64,000 nt of DNA from Niveibacterium sp. GTDB taxonomy: Bacteria > Pseudomonadota > Gammaproteobacteria > Burkholderiales > Rhodocyclaceae. Numbering within the stretch: position 1 is the first letter of the stretch; every line of letters begins with the position of its first letter. Position numbers and translations under genes: made by a program. Location: NCBI RefSeq assembly GCF_041909475.1, contig NZ_JAYRDJ010000019.1, positions 11,283 to 75,282 of the forward strand, in the 5' to 3' direction. This document shows positions 1 through 10,335 of this stretch, piece by piece. Under the pieces are notes generated by a model, which had not been told where the DNA came from, did not search any database, and was given only the letters and a program-made list of their open reading frames with translations.

Positions 1-70
1 GTGGGGATCTCCTTGGGGTAGTGCGCAGGATGCTACTGCGCCGCGGGCGCGCGGGCCAGATGCCGGCCAC

Positions 71-781
71 TCAGGCCGTGTCGCGCGCCACGCAGAGCAA
101 GCCTTCAAGAACCAGATTCGGGAAGTCGATACGCGGCGGCGCGATCAGCGGCGCCAGGGCTGCAGCAGATCCGCCGGACAACACGACCGGCGTGTGGGCC
201 GGCATCTCTTGGCGAAAACGCTCCACCGCGCCCGACTGCGCATAGCGGATTCCGGTTTCGATCGCGTCGTGCGTGTTCTTCGGAAACGCCACGCAATCAC
301 CCTCGGCGAGCGGCAAGGCTGCGGTGCCACCGGCCAGCGCGCGCAACATCAAGCCGTGCCCCGGCAGGATCAGGCCACCGAGGAAGTTGCCGCCCGCGTC
401 GATCGCATCCACCGTCGTCGCAGTGCCTGCGCTCACCACCACGCAAGCGCCGCGCACCCGGTGCCAGGCACCGATCGCGGCGGCCCAGCGGTCCGGCCCC
501 AGGCGCGTCGGTTCGGCATAGCGGTTGGTCACGCCGCAACGCGACAGGCTGGCAGCGAACCACTCGGCGCGCGCGGCGGTATCGCCCAGTTGTTCGAGGA
601 TCAGCGAGCGGATCGCTTCCGACGCCACATGAGCGATCAACACCCGCTCGGGCGTACCGAAGCGCATGAAGTCGCAGGTCGCCAGTGCGTCATGCGCCAC
701 GTCCTCGCGGCACAGCCAACGGCTACCGTCGTGAAAGCCCCATTTGACGCGCGTGTTGCCGGCATCGATCAGCAGGTACAT
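71..781 (-). CDS. coaX: Type III pantothenate kinase
   Basis: LLIDAGNTRVKW, RLGPDRW, VSAGTATTVD and GGLILPG motifs; adjacent to birA as usual. Confidence 0.95.
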   Translation of the reverse strand: MYLLIDAGNTRVKWGFHDGSRWLCREDVAHDALATCDFMRFGTPERVLIAHVASEAIRSLILEQLGDTAARAEWFAASLSRCGVTNRYAEPTRLGPDRWAAAIGAWHRVRGACVVVSAGTATTVDAIDAGGNFLGGLILPGHGLMLRALAGGTAALPLAEGDCVAFPKNTHDAIETGIRYAQSGAVERFRQEMPAHTPVVLSGGSAAALAPLIAPPRIDFPNLVLEGLLCVARDTA

Positions 782-1623
782 CAGCCTCGCCTCCGCAGCG
801 ACACATCGCCGCCCAGCACACGCACCAGCAGGCCATCGCGCTCCAGCATCAAGGCGCCCTCTGCATCAACGCCGCGACACAGGCCTTCCGCCTCACCGCT
901 GTCGTCGACCAAGCGCACCGGCTGATCCTGCAACGCATGGCGCACCTGCCATGCATCACGCAGGACCGCGAACCCCTGGCGCTCGAACAGGTCGAGCGAG
1001 GTGGCCAGCGACGCCAGCACGGCAGCCAACACAGCCACCGGATCGGTCGACACGGCGCTCGACTCGGAAAGCCCTGCGACCGGCTGATCCAGTACATCGC
1101 CGGGCGCCGGCGGCGCCAGATTGAGGCCGATTCCGATCACCGCTGCGGTGCGCGCACCGCTTTGGTGCAGTTCAATCAGGATGCCGCCCAACTTGCGTCC
1201 GTCGAGCCAGATATCGTTCGGCCACTTCAGTGCAATGTCGCGCGCACCAAGGCCTTCGAGGGCCTGTGCAACGGCCAGGCCGGCGGCAAGGCTGAGCCCG
1301 GAGAGGCGCGTGCCAGGCTGAAATCGCCACAGCAGGGAGAAAGTGAGGCTGGCCTCGGGTCGCGCTACCCATGCGCGGCCACGACGACCGCGACCAGCGG
1401 TCTGCTCGAGCGCCCACAGCACGGCGCCCGAGGGCGCGCCCGCCGCGGCGCGGTCGAGAAGCAGGCTGCTTGTGGAGGGGCAGGTTTCGAGCAGATCGGC
1501 GTCGAAACGGGCGGCGACGGGGCCGAGCTGCGCCTTGAGGCGGGCCAGCTCCTGATCGGTGCGATCTGACACTGCGCGTGATCCAGCTTGGGAAACGCGC
1601 AGTGTAACGGCTGCACCGTTCAA
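781..1623 (-). CDS. birA: Biotin-[acetyl-CoA-carboxylase] ligase
   Basis: QTAGRGRRGR, LKWPND, KLGGILIE, IGIGLN motifs; no N-terminal HTH evident. Confidence 0.95.
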   Translation of the reverse strand: MNGAAVTLRVSQAGSRAVSDRTDQELARLKAQLGPVAARFDADLLETCPSTSSLLLDRAAAGAPSGAVLWALEQTAGRGRRGRAWVARPEASLTFSLLWRFQPGTRLSGLSLAAGLAVAQALEGLGARDIALKWPNDIWLDGRKLGGILIELHQSGARTAAVIGIGLNLAPPAPGDVLDQPVAGLSESSAVSTDPVAVLAAVLASLATSLDLFERQGFAVLRDAWQVRHALQDQPVRLVDDSGEAEGLCRGVDAEGALMLERDGLLVRVLGGDVSLRRRG

Positions 1624-1705
1624 GAGCAGCCTATGCGGGGCGATGTTGCGTCAACACTGAAGCACTTCGCGCGCGGCAGCGCCCGCCGCATTTTCTCGGC
1701 GCTGC

Positions 1706-3100
1706 TTACTCGGCGTCCATGCCGAGTTCCTGAATCTTGCGCGTGATCGTGTTGCGACCGATGCCCAACAACTGGGCGGCCTCGACACGACGGCCACCGG
1801 TGGCATTGAGTGCGCGACGGATCAGGTTGCGCTCGAACTCGCGCGTCAGCATGTCGAACACCTCGCCGGGCTTGGTCGCGAGCAGGCGATCGGCCTCCAC
1901 CGCCAAGGCGTCGAGCCAGGACTCCGAGGCCACACGCGCCGGTTGCTCGCGCACTTCGCTCGGCAGGTCGCCGACATCCACCGTCTGCCCCGGCGCCATC
2001 ACGGTGAGCCAGTGGCACAGGTTCTCCAGCTGGCGCACGTTGCCGGCGAATTCCAGCGTCTGCAGATACTTGAGCGCCTGTTCGGATAGCCGCTTGGTCT
2101 CGACCCCCAGTTCATGCGCCGAACGCGACAGGAAGTGGCGCGCCAGCAGGGGCACGTCTTCCTTGCGCTCACGCAGCGGCGGCAAGCGCAGGCGGATCAC
2201 GTTGAGGCGGTGGAACAAGTCTTCGCGGAACAGGCCGTCGCGAACCCGCTGTTCGAGGTTCTGGTGCGTCGCCGCAATCACGCGCACATTGGCCTTGATC
2301 GGCTGGTGGCCACCAACGCGATAGAAATGATTGTCGGACAGCACACGCAACAAGCGCGTCTGCAGCTCCGGCGGCATGTCGCCGATTTCGTCGAGGAACA
2401 GCGTGCCACCCTCGGCCTGCTCGAAACGGCCGCGGCGCTGCGCGGTGGCACCCGTGAAGGCGCCCCGCTCATGACCAAACAGTTCGGATTCCAGCAGATC
2501 CTTCGGAATCGCCGCGGTGTTGATGGCGATGAAGGGCTGGTCCTTGCGCGGACTGTGGCGATGCAATGCTCGGGCGACGAGCTCCTTGCCGGAGCCGGAT
2601 TCGCCGTTGATCATCACCGTTGCATGCGACTGCGACAGCCGCCCAATGGCGCGAAACACTTCCTGCATCGCCGGTGCCTGGCCAAGGATCTCCGGCACCG
2701 TGGTGCTCTCCTCGGCGGCGGGGCCGCGATGGCGGCTCTCTTCGATCGCGCGACGCACCAGCTCGACCGCCTGATCGACATCGAAAGGCTTGGGCAGGTA
2801 TTCGAATGCACCGCCCTGGAAAGCCGATACCGCGCTGTCGAGATCCGAGTAGGCGGTCATGATGATCACCGGCAGGCTCGGGTAACGCGCCTTGACCTTC
2901 TCCAGCAGCACCAGGCCCGATTCGCCCGGCATGCGGATATCGCTCATCATCACCTGCGGTGGCGCGGCGCCGGCATCCAGCTCGGTCAACGCTTCGCTGG
3001 CCGAGCCGAAACTGCGGTGAGGAATGTTCTCGCGGGTGAGTGCCTTTTCGAGGACCCAGCGGATGGAGCGGTCGTCGTCAACAATCCAGATCGGATTCAT
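1706..3100 (-). CDS. ntrC: Nitrogen regulation response regulator NtrC (sigma54 activator)
   Basis: REC domain (IWIVDDD...DIRMP), [22 protein letters not shown]-terminal HTH; start moved to MNPIW (3100). Confidence 0.97.
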   Translation of the reverse strand: MNPIWIVDDDRSIRWVLEKALTRENIPHRSFGSASEALTELDAGAAPPQVMMSDIRMPGESGLVLLEKVKARYPSLPVIIMTAYSDLDSAVSAFQGGAFEYLPKPFDVDQAVELVRRAIEESRHRGPAAEESTTVPEILGQAPAMQEVFRAIGRLSQSHATVMINGESGSGKELVARALHRHSPRKDQPFIAINTAAIPKDLLESELFGHERGAFTGATAQRRGRFEQAEGGTLFLDEIGDMPPELQTRLLRVLSDNHFYRVGGHQPIKANVRVIAATHQNLEQRVRDGLFREDLFHRLNVIRLRLPPLRERKEDVPLLARHFLSRSAHELGVETKRLSEQALKYLQTLEFAGNVRQLENLCHWLTVMAPGQTVDVGDLPSEVREQPARVASESWLDALAVEADRLLATKPGEVFDMLTREFERNLIRRALNATGGRRVEAAQLLGIGRNTITRKIQELGMDAE

Positions 3101-3162
3101 GGTCTGCACTTCTGTAAGGGGTGAGGACTGCAGGCCCGCAGCGGACCTGCACGCCTCAGCAC

Positions 3163-4251
3163 TCACTCTTCGTTGCGGATCGGCAGCACGATCGTGAAGC
3201 AGGTACGGCCTGGCTCGCTTTCGACATCGATCATGCCCTGATGCTGTTCGACGAAGCTCTGCGCGATCGAAAGCCCGAGGCCGCTGCCGCTGTCGCGGCC
3301 CGACACCAGCGGATAGAAGATGCGATCGCGGATCGCCTCGGGGATTCCGGGGCCGCTGTCGATCACGCGCAGTTCAAGTGCGAGCTTGTGGCGCTTCTTC
3401 GCCAGCGTCACCTGCCGCAACGCGCGGGTACGCAGCACCACTTCACCCTCGCCCTGCATCGCCTGTGCAGCGTTGCGCGCGATGTTCAGCACCACCTGGA
3501 TCAGCTGCTCGCGGTCGCCTGTCAGCTCGGGCAGGCTGGTGTCATAGTCGCGCCGCACGACGACGCCGGGGAACTCCGCGCGCACCAGACGCAGCACGCG
3601 TTCAAGCACGTCATGGATATTGACCGGGCCGGGCTGCATCGCGCGGTGCGCGTTGAGCAGGCGCTGCATCAGATCCTGCAGCCGGTCGGCTTCGGCGATG
3701 ATGACTTCGGTGTATTCCTTGAGCTGCGCGTCGTTGAGTTCGCGTGCCAGCAGCTGGGCGGAACCACGGATGCCGCCGAGCGGATTCTTGATTTCGTGCG
3801 CGAGGTTGCGGATCAGCTCGCGGTTCGCCTGCTGCTGCTCGATCAATCGCTCTTCGCGCGCCACTTTCAGTTGCGCATCGATCGGGCGAAATTCCATCAG
3901 CAGGCGGGCGCCAAACACATCAACCGGCGTGGCAGTGCAATCCACATGCAGGGTGTCGTGTCCGGCGCGCGCCAGCACGAGATTCTGGCCGGTGTAGCTC
4001 CAGTTGTTTGCAAGCGCATTGTCGAGCGCGGCATCGAGGCCGGGCGGCTCGCCGAGCAGCGCCGTCAGCGGGCGACCGACAGACTGGCGGGCGCTGACTT
4101 CAAACAGGTTCTCTGCGGCGGGGTTGATATAGCGGACGACACGGCCGTCGTCGACCAGCACGACGGCCGACGCAAGCAAGTCGAGCCCCGCGATCCGGGC
4201 GTCGGTATGCGCCTGTGGCACGGGGTCGGAATACACGGTTACGCGAGTCAT
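3163..4251 (-). CDS. ntrB: Nitrogen regulation sensor kinase NtrB
   Basis: PAS domain, LAHEIKNPLGGIRGSAQLL, DSGPGIP, GSGLGL; start at 4251 uncertain. Confidence 0.96.
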   Translation of the reverse strand: MTRVTVYSDPVPQAHTDARIAGLDLLASAVVLVDDGRVVRYINPAAENLFEVSARQSVGRPLTALLGEPPGLDAALDNALANNWSYTGQNLVLARAGHDTLHVDCTATPVDVFGARLLMEFRPIDAQLKVAREERLIEQQQANRELIRNLAHEIKNPLGGIRGSAQLLARELNDAQLKEYTEVIIAEADRLQDLMQRLLNAHRAMQPGPVNIHDVLERVLRLVRAEFPGVVVRRDYDTSLPELTGDREQLIQVVLNIARNAAQAMQGEGEVVLRTRALRQVTLAKKRHKLALELRVIDSGPGIPEAIRDRIFYPLVSGRDSGSGLGLSIAQSFVEQHQGMIDVESEPGRTCFTIVLPIRNEE

Positions 4252-4264
4252 GCGGAGCAATGCG

Positions 4265-4280
4265 AGCAAGAAGCGCGCCA
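4265..4280 (-). promoter_or_regulatory. Putative sigma54 -24/-12 promoter for ntrBC
   Basis: Minus strand TGGCGCGCTTCTTGCT matches TGGCACG-N4-TTGCW with GG-N10-GC spacing. Confidence 0.55.
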
Positions 4281-4388
4281 AGCTTGATTTGCGCTGCGAG
4301 ACACCGAGATGCGCGACAAACCGATCATCGCCCGCCGCGTTGCAGTGACGGACGCGACACACCAGCGGGCGAGATCGCCCGCACCGGA

Positions 4389-4865
4389 TCAGCGTAGTTT
4401 GGCGATTTCCGCCCGGATCGCTTCGACATTGCGCTCATGCAACTCGACCTGATCCTGGAACGGCTTCAAACGCTCCTGCACCTTGGCAAAATTCTTCTCG
4501 CTGCCGCTGCGCGCGCCTTCCTGCTCCGCCAGCTCCTTCTTTGCCGACTCCAGCGCCCGTTCCTCGGTCGCCAATTCGGTTTCGAGGATCTTGCGCCGGT
4601 CGCTGTCGCGACTGCGCTGCGTCGAAGCATCGACTTTCGGAAACTCGGCGGGAGACGGCGTTGCCGACGGCTTCTTTGCCGACGGCCCCGGCACGGACGA
4701 AACGTTCTGGTCGCGGGACAGCAGCGTGCAACCCTTCTCGCCGATCTTGGTGTTGGTGTAGGTGACCTTGCCGGACACCGGATCGACACACTTGAAGATG
4801 TCGGCATGGGCCGGCAGCGTTGAGAGAAGTGCCGCAACAGCGGCCAGGGAACGAATCGTGGACAT
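4389..4865 (-). CDS. DUF4124 domain exported protein
   Basis: Signal peptide ending AHA-DIFKCVD...VTYTN, followed by a coiled-coil C-terminus; typical occupant between glnA and ntrB in betaproteobacteria. Confidence 0.8.
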   Translation of the reverse strand: MSTIRSLAAVAALLSTLPAHADIFKCVDPVSGKVTYTNTKIGEKGCTLLSRDQNVSSVPGPSAKKPSATPSPAEFPKVDASTQRSRDSDRRKILETELATEERALESAKKELAEQEGARSGSEKNFAKVQERLKPFQDQVELHERNVEAIRAEIAKLR

Positions 4866-4965
4866 GCAGACGTCACGCGGGTGGACGGGCCGTCGAGTGT
4901 AGGCGCCGCCGCGTCGCCTGCCAAGCGCCGACACGATTCGATGCACTTTCACGCCGGCGAAGGAC

Positions 4966-4994
4966 AAAAAAAGAGGACGGGCAAGCCCGTCCTC
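4966..4994 (-). terminator. Rho-independent terminator after glnA
   Basis: GAGGACGGG-CAAG-CCCGTCCTC hairpin followed by a T7 run on the minus strand. Confidence 0.85.
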
Positions 4995-5019
4995 CTTGTG
5001 CTCCGGATCGAGGAATCGA

Positions 5020-6429
5020 TCAGAGGCTGTAGTACATGTCGAATTCGACCGGGTGCGTGGTCATGCGGATCTTCGTCACGTCTTCCATCTTCAGCGCGAT
5101 GTACGCATCGATGAAGTCGTTCGAGAACACACCACCACGGGTCAGGAACTCGCGATCCTTGTCCAGCGCTTCCAGCGCCTGATCCAGCGAGGAGCAGACG
5201 GTCGGGATCAGCGCGTCTTCTTCCGGCGGCAGGTCGTACAGGTTCTTGTCAGCTGCATCGCCCGGGTGGATCTTGTTCCGCACGCCATCCAGACCGGCCA
5301 TCATCAGCGCGGCGAAGCACAGGTACGGGTTCGCGCCCGGATCCGGGAAGCGAGTCTCGATACGACGCGCCTTGTCGCTGTTGACGAACGGGATGCGGAT
5401 CGAAGCCGAACGGTTCTTCGCCGAGTAAGCCAGCTTGACCGGTGCTTCGTAGTGCGGCACGAGGCGCTTGTAAGAGTTGGTCAGCGGGTTGGTGATCGCG
5501 TTCAGCGCACGGGCGTGCTTGATGATGCCGCCGATGTAGTACAGCGCGAACTCGGACATGCCGGCGTAGCCGTTGCCCGCAAACAGGTTCTTGCCGTCCT
5601 TCCAGATCGACTGGTGCACGTGCATGCCCGAACCGTTGTCACCAACGATCGGCTTCGGCATGAAGGTCGCGGTCTTGCCGTACTGGTGGGCAACGTTGTG
5701 CACCACGTACTTGAGCATCTGCGTCCAGTCAGCGCGCTTGGTCAGCGTGCTGAACTTGGTGCCGATTTCGTTCTGGCCGGCGGTCGCCACTTCGTGGTGG
5801 TGCACTTCGACCGGGATGCCGATCTGCTCGAGCGCCAGCACCATCGCGGCACGGATGTCGTTGTGGCTGTCGACCGGGGGAACCGGGAAGTAACCGCCCT
5901 TGACGCCCGGACGGTGGCCGGTGTTGCCGCCTTCGAACTTCTCGCCCGAAGCCCAGGCGCCTTCTTCCGAGTTGATCTTGACCGAGCAGCCCGACATGTC
6001 GACGTTCCACTCGACGCTGTCGAAGATGAAGAATTCGGGTTCCGGACCGAAGAAGGCGGTGTCGCCCAGACCGGAGGCCTTCAGGAAGGCTTCAGCGCGC
6101 TTGGCGATGCCGCGCGGGCAACGGTCGTACGGCTTCATGTCGGTCGGATCGAGCACGTCGCAAGACAGGACCAGCGTGGTCTCGTCCATGAAGGGGTCGA
6201 TGAAGGCAGAGGCCGGATCCGGCATCAGCAGCATGTCAGAAGCCTGGATACCCTTCCAGCCGGCGATCGAGGAGCCATCGAAAGCGTGGCCGTGCTCGAA
6301 CTTCTCCTCGTCGAAGGCCGAAACCGGCACGCCGACGTGTTGCTCTTTGCCCTTGGTGTCGGTGAAACGGAAGTCGACGAACTTGACTTCGTTCTCCTTG
6401 ACCATCTTCAAGACGTCTTGCGGGGACAT
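5020..6429 (-). CDS. glnA: Glutamine synthetase type I
   Basis: [34 protein letters not shown] (adenylylation Tyr); AGGAG RBS before MSPQD. Confidence 0.99.
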   Translation of the reverse strand: MSPQDVLKMVKENEVKFVDFRFTDTKGKEQHVGVPVSAFDEEKFEHGHAFDGSSIAGWKGIQASDMLLMPDPASAFIDPFMDETTLVLSCDVLDPTDMKPYDRCPRGIAKRAEAFLKASGLGDTAFFGPEPEFFIFDSVEWNVDMSGCSVKINSEEGAWASGEKFEGGNTGHRPGVKGGYFPVPPVDSHNDIRAAMVLALEQIGIPVEVHHHEVATAGQNEIGTKFSTLTKRADWTQMLKYVVHNVAHQYGKTATFMPKPIVGDNGSGMHVHQSIWKDGKNLFAGNGYAGMSEFALYYIGGIIKHARALNAITNPLTNSYKRLVPHYEAPVKLAYSAKNRSASIRIPFVNSDKARRIETRFPDPGANPYLCFAALMMAGLDGVRNKIHPGDAADKNLYDLPPEEDALIPTVCSSLDQALEALDKDREFLTRGGVFSNDFIDAYIALKMEDVTKIRMTTHPVEFDMYYSL

Positions 6430-6497
6430 ATTCACTCCTAAGGTATGGAAGCCAACTGACATTCTGCGGTGCCAAATACCGCGATCCGGTTTCAAAA

Positions 6498-6513
6498 AGC
6501 ACGTAGCGTGCCA
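6498..6513 (-). promoter_or_regulatory. Sigma54 promoter of glnA
   Basis: Minus strand TGGCACGCTACGTGCT (GG-N10-GC) about 70 bp upstream of the glnA start. Confidence 0.85.
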
Positions 6514-6664
6514 AAGGATCGCCCGGTTGCTCCGCACAGCACGCTACGCGCTGAGAACCCGAACCGGACAAATCTTGGTTTGAAAGGCGCGGTATTGTGC
6601 CACAGCACAGGGCTCGCCCTAAGCACCGCAAGGCACCCCAAAACGGTGCAACCGCACCACACAA

Positions 6665-6700
6665 TGCACCGTTTCGGTGCGCATGCGCCAACTTGGCGCA
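6665..6700. promoter_or_regulatory. Tandem NtrC binding sites (enhancer)
   Basis: TGCACCGTTTCGGTGCG (6665-6681) and TGCGCCAACTTGGCGCA (6684-6700) fit TGCACCA-N3-TGGTGCA; further GCAC/GTGC half-sites at 6623-6660. Confidence 0.85.
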
Positions 6701-6799
6701 CCCTCCTGATCCAGCAGAAACCTTGCGGGTGTGCGCTCGCGCGCGCATACTCGCCGCCCGGCGATTTTTCGCGCCTCACCCCAACTCCGGCTCTTCTGA

Positions 6800-7252
6800 A
6801 TGGGACACCTTAGCGACCTGCTCGGCCTTGCCCGCGACCGCGGCGAGAAGCTCAGCCTTCCGTATTCCGGCGCGCTGACTCCCGCCGAAGCCTTCACTGT
6901 GTGGCAGAAGGCACCCGGCGCAGTCTTGGTGGATGTGCGCACCCGCGCTGAGTGGGAGTGGGTCGGGCGCGTGCCAAACGCGGTCGAGATCGAGTGGAAC
7001 AGTTGGCCGGGTGGCGAGCGGAACCCGAACTTCCTGGCGCAACTGACGCACCAGGTCGATCGCGAGGCGCTGGTGCTGTTCCTTTGTCGCAGCGGGGCGC
7101 GATCGCACAACGCCGCAATTCTGGCCCAGCAACAGGGCTACACCGCCTGCTACAACATCCTGGAAGGCTTCGAGGGCGACCGTGATGCGAACGGGCAGCG
7201 CGGCCACATCGGCGGCTGGCGCCACGCCGGCTTGCCCTGGATTCAGGGCTGA
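6800..7252 (+). CDS. Rhodanese-like domain protein
   Basis: LVDVRTRAEW, FLCRSGARS, ILEGFEG, GW; divergent from glnA. Confidence 0.9.
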   Translation: MGHLSDLLGLARDRGEKLSLPYSGALTPAEAFTVWQKAPGAVLVDVRTRAEWEWVGRVPNAVEIEWNSWPGGERNPNFLAQLTHQVDREALVLFLCRSGARSHNAAILAQQQGYTACYNILEGFEGDRDANGQRGHIGGWRHAGLPWIQG

Positions 7253-7326
7253 GGCGGGAACACCGCGCCGCATTTCAGGTCTGCATTACTGCGCGCCGAT
7301 CCGGCGCACCTTTCTTGAGTAGAACC

Positions 7327-8430
7327 ATGCAAGTTGCCCCCATCAGCTTTGACCGCTTCAACACCCTGCGCGACGAAGAAGCACAGGAGCGCATCCGCGC
7401 CGCCCGCGCCCGCCTCGGCAAGAAGGCCGTGCTGCTGGTGCACCACTACCAGCGCGCTGATGTGTATCAGCATGCCGACCTGACCGGCGATTCGCTGCGC
7501 CTGTCGCACCTGGCGGGCCAGTCGGATGCGGACTACATCGTGTTCTGCGGCGTGCACTTCATGGCGGAAGTTGCAGACATCCTCTCCAACCCGCACCAGA
7601 TCTCGATCCTGCCCGACCTCGCGGCAGGCTGTTCGATGGCCGACATGGCCAACCTGGCGAAAGTCGAGCGTTGCTGGCGCGAGCTGACAGAAGTGCTCGG
7701 CGAGTCGCCCGACAAGCAGATCACGCCGGTCACCTACATCAACTCCGCAGCGGACCTGAAGGCCTTCTGCGGCGACCACGGCGGCATCGTGTGCACCTCG
7801 TCGAACGCGCGCACGATCCTCGACTGGAGTTTTGCGCAGCGCCCGAAGATCCTGTTCTTCCCGGACCAGCACCTCGGCCGCTGGACGGCACACACGATGG
7901 GCATCCCGCTCGAAGAGATGGTCGTGTGGGACCCGGATCAGGAGTACGGCGGACTGACGCCGGAGCAGATCCGCAACGCGAAGATGCTGCTGTGGAAGGG
8001 CCACTGCTCGGTGCACCAGATGTTCCAGCCCGCCCACATCATGCGCTGGCGCAACAAGTACCCGGACGGCATCGTGATCTCGCACCCCGAGAGCCCGTTC
8101 GAGGTCTGCCGCCAGTCGGAGCACGTCGGCTCGACCGAGTACATCATCAAGACGATCAAGGCCGCGCCTTCGGGCACCCGCTGGCTGGTCGGCACCGAGC
8201 TGAACCTTGTTAGCCGCCTTGCGGAGGAAGTGAAAGCCGACGGCAAGATCGTCGAATTCATGTCGCCCACCGTCTGCATGTGCTCGACGATGCAGCGGAT
8301 CGACCCGCAGCATCTGGCCTGGACGCTGGAAAACCTGGCCGACGGCAACATCGTGAACCGCATCAGCGTGCCGGATCACGAAGCCAAACTCGCCAAGCTC
8401 GCGCTCGATCGCATGCTCGCGGTGTCCTGA
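7327..8430 (+). CDS. nadA: Quinolinate synthase A
   Basis: HHYQR, FCGVHFMAE, GCSMADM, TYINS, CTSSNA, HPES, CxCxxM motifs. Confidence 0.96.
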   Translation: MQVAPISFDRFNTLRDEEAQERIRAARARLGKKAVLLVHHYQRADVYQHADLTGDSLRLSHLAGQSDADYIVFCGVHFMAEVADILSNPHQISILPDLAAGCSMADMANLAKVERCWRELTEVLGESPDKQITPVTYINSAADLKAFCGDHGGIVCTSSNARTILDWSFAQRPKILFFPDQHLGRWTAHTMGIPLEEMVVWDPDQEYGGLTPEQIRNAKMLLWKGHCSVHQMFQPAHIMRWRNKYPDGIVISHPESPFEVCRQSEHVGSTEYIIKTIKAAPSGTRWLVGTELNLVSRLAEEVKADGKIVEFMSPTVCMCSTMQRIDPQHLAWTLENLADGNIVNRISVPDHEAKLAKLALDRMLAVS

Positions 8431-8448
8431 GCGGCGGCCACACCAAAC

Positions 8449-8483
8449 AAAACGCCCCGGCGCGCGAGCGGCGGGGCGTTTTT
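8449..8483. terminator. Bidirectional terminator between nadA and the convergent gene
   Basis: AAAACGCCCCG...CGGGGCGTTTTT. Confidence 0.8.
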
Positions 8484-8502
8484 CATTGCTGCGTCACGTC
8501 GA

Positions 8503-9078
8503 TCAGTTCGGTACGCCGAGCAGGTTGTTGCGCAGGTTGGTACGCACCTTCGGGCCGATCCAGACCTTCATCACCACCGGGTAGAACGCGTCACCCTGAA
8601 TCGCTTGCGTTGCCAGATCCCCGTTGATGCGGATCTCGGTCGTCTTGGGGCCCGGGTTCCAGTCCAGCGTCACCACATCGCCCTTCAAGAGCTTCGGGCG
8701 GCTATTGAATGCCGCACCCATCGCCGCCAACTGCAGGATGTTGTTCTCCACCTCGTCGCGCGTCGCGTTCTGCTTGATGCGGTCCAGCAGCACCGTTGCG
8801 AGATCCTTGGCCGAGATCTCCTTCAGCGCAACCAGGCGAATCCGCTTGGCGCCCTTCACGGCAAAAGCGGCTTCCGGCGTGTTCGCCTTCTGCACCATGT
8901 ACAGGCCGACCACAGTGGCCTTGGACGACAGGATCTGCGACGAAGACGCGCCGTTCAGCACCAGCTTCTGGCCCGCCACGGTATCGCCCTCTTCAAAGCT
9001 GACGCCATCCACATCCACCGCCGCGACGGCCTGCCCGACAAACATCAAAAACGCCAGAGCGATGCCCCGACACAACAT
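8503..9078 (-). CDS. Chalcone isomerase-like family exported protein
   Basis: Signal peptide, LVLNG...GLY, IRLVALKEI, F..VMKVWIG pattern of the bacterial CHI-like family; GAAGGA RBS before the 9078 start. Confidence 0.7.
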   Translation of the reverse strand: MLCRGIALAFLMFVGQAVAAVDVDGVSFEEGDTVAGQKLVLNGASSSQILSSKATVVGLYMVQKANTPEAAFAVKGAKRIRLVALKEISAKDLATVLLDRIKQNATRDEVENNILQLAAMGAAFNSRPKLLKGDVVTLDWNPGPKTTEIRINGDLATQAIQGDAFYPVVMKVWIGPKVRTNLRNNLLGVPN

Positions 9079-9259
9079 TTTTCCTTCAATACGCCACCGC
9101 ATGGGCACCCCCGTGTAATTTTGCAAGCTGTCTTGTGTAACAATCGCCGCCGTTGTTGGGCTTGCATCAATACGCAAGCGTATGGAAAAGACCCGACCCG
9201 GACGCGCGAGAGGGCGGATTCTCGCAGAAGAAGCCGCCAAAAAGTACTAGTAAGGAAAA

Positions 9260-10288
9260 ATGATGAAACACCGTTCCCGTCACCGTCTGATCGCAGCAAT
9301 GCTGCTGACGATCACCGCGAGCGCCCCGGCGATCGCGACCGAGCGCGGCCAGTTGCGCGCCCTGCTGGGCCTGCCCGGGCAGGATCTGACCTCGCCGGCG
9401 ATGCCGGGTTTCTACGTGCAGGCGAACTACCAGCACTACTACGCCGGCGAGTTCAAGGACGATGAAGGCAACAAGCCGGTCCAAAGTGCAAGCATTCCCG
9501 GCATCGGCAAAGTCAGCGCCGAGCAGGACAGCCAGGTGCGCGCCGACGTGCTCGCCCTGCGCGCGAGCTGGATCTCGGACTACCAACTGTGGGATGGCCG
9601 CGTCGGCGTATCCGCCACCGTGCCGCTGATCAAGACTTCGCTGACCACCAACCTGACCCGCACGACGCCGTTGCCGGCACCGATCGGTGCGCTGGTGGAT
9701 GCCCAGATCGCAAAACTCGCCACGGCCAACACCGGCGAAGAGTCCGGCATCGGCGACACCGAGATCGCCCCCTTCGTCGACTGGCAGACCGATACCTACC
9801 GTATCCTGTTCGCGCCGGCCTTCGTCGCCCCGACCGGCAGCTACGACAAGGACCGCGCGGTCAACCCGGGCGCGGGTAAGTTCTGGACCTTCCGCCCAGC
9901 GCTGACCTTGGCCTACGTGACCGAGAACGGCTGGGAATTCGGCGCGCGCACCACCTACTCGTTCAACACCAAGAACGATGACACCAAGTACACCTCGGGC
10001 CAGTACCTGCATTCGGACGGTGCCGCGATGTACCAGATCCGCGATGGCGTGCGCATCGGCGCGGCAGGCTACATGATCGTGCAGACGACCAAGGACAAGT
10101 CCGACATCGCCGGCGCCGTGGCCGACAACGGCAACAAGGCCCGCGTGTTCGCGCTCGGCCCGCAGCTCGGCTGGCAGACCGAGGACTCGTCGCTCGGTCT
10201 CGAATTCAAGGTGCTGCAGGAATTCGGTGCGCGCAACCGCCCCGAAGGCACGATCGGCTGGCTGCGCCTGATCTACCGCGTGAACTGA
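9260..10288 (+). CDS. SphA / MetA-pathway phenol-degradation-type outer membrane transporter
   Basis: Signal peptide, SGIGD, APTGSYD...VNPG, YTSGQYLH, FALGPQLG, RNRPEG beta-barrel pattern. Confidence 0.8.
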   Translation: MMKHRSRHRLIAAMLLTITASAPAIATERGQLRALLGLPGQDLTSPAMPGFYVQANYQHYYAGEFKDDEGNKPVQSASIPGIGKVSAEQDSQVRADVLALRASWISDYQLWDGRVGVSATVPLIKTSLTTNLTRTTPLPAPIGALVDAQIAKLATANTGEESGIGDTEIAPFVDWQTDTYRILFAPAFVAPTGSYDKDRAVNPGAGKFWTFRPALTLAYVTENGWEFGARTTYSFNTKNDDTKYTSGQYLHSDGAAMYQIRDGVRIGAAGYMIVQTTKDKSDIAGAVADNGNKARVFALGPQLGWQTEDSSLGLEFKVLQEFGARNRPEGTIGWLRLIYRVN

Positions 10289-10309
10289 TCACTCCCATCC
10301 CTCATACGC

Positions 10310-10335
10310 AAAGGCCCCGCACGCGGGGCCTTTTT
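10310..10335 (+). terminator. Rho-independent terminator
   Basis: AAAGGCCCCGC-AC-GCGGGGCCTTTTT. Confidence 0.85.

Noticed and set aside
3163-6537. Longest-ORF starts for ntrB (4362), ntrC (3166), glnA (6537) and DUF4124 (4967)
   Set aside because: The extensions lack family-like sequence and run across promoters, the terminator or neighbouring genes; internal starts fit the family N-termini better.
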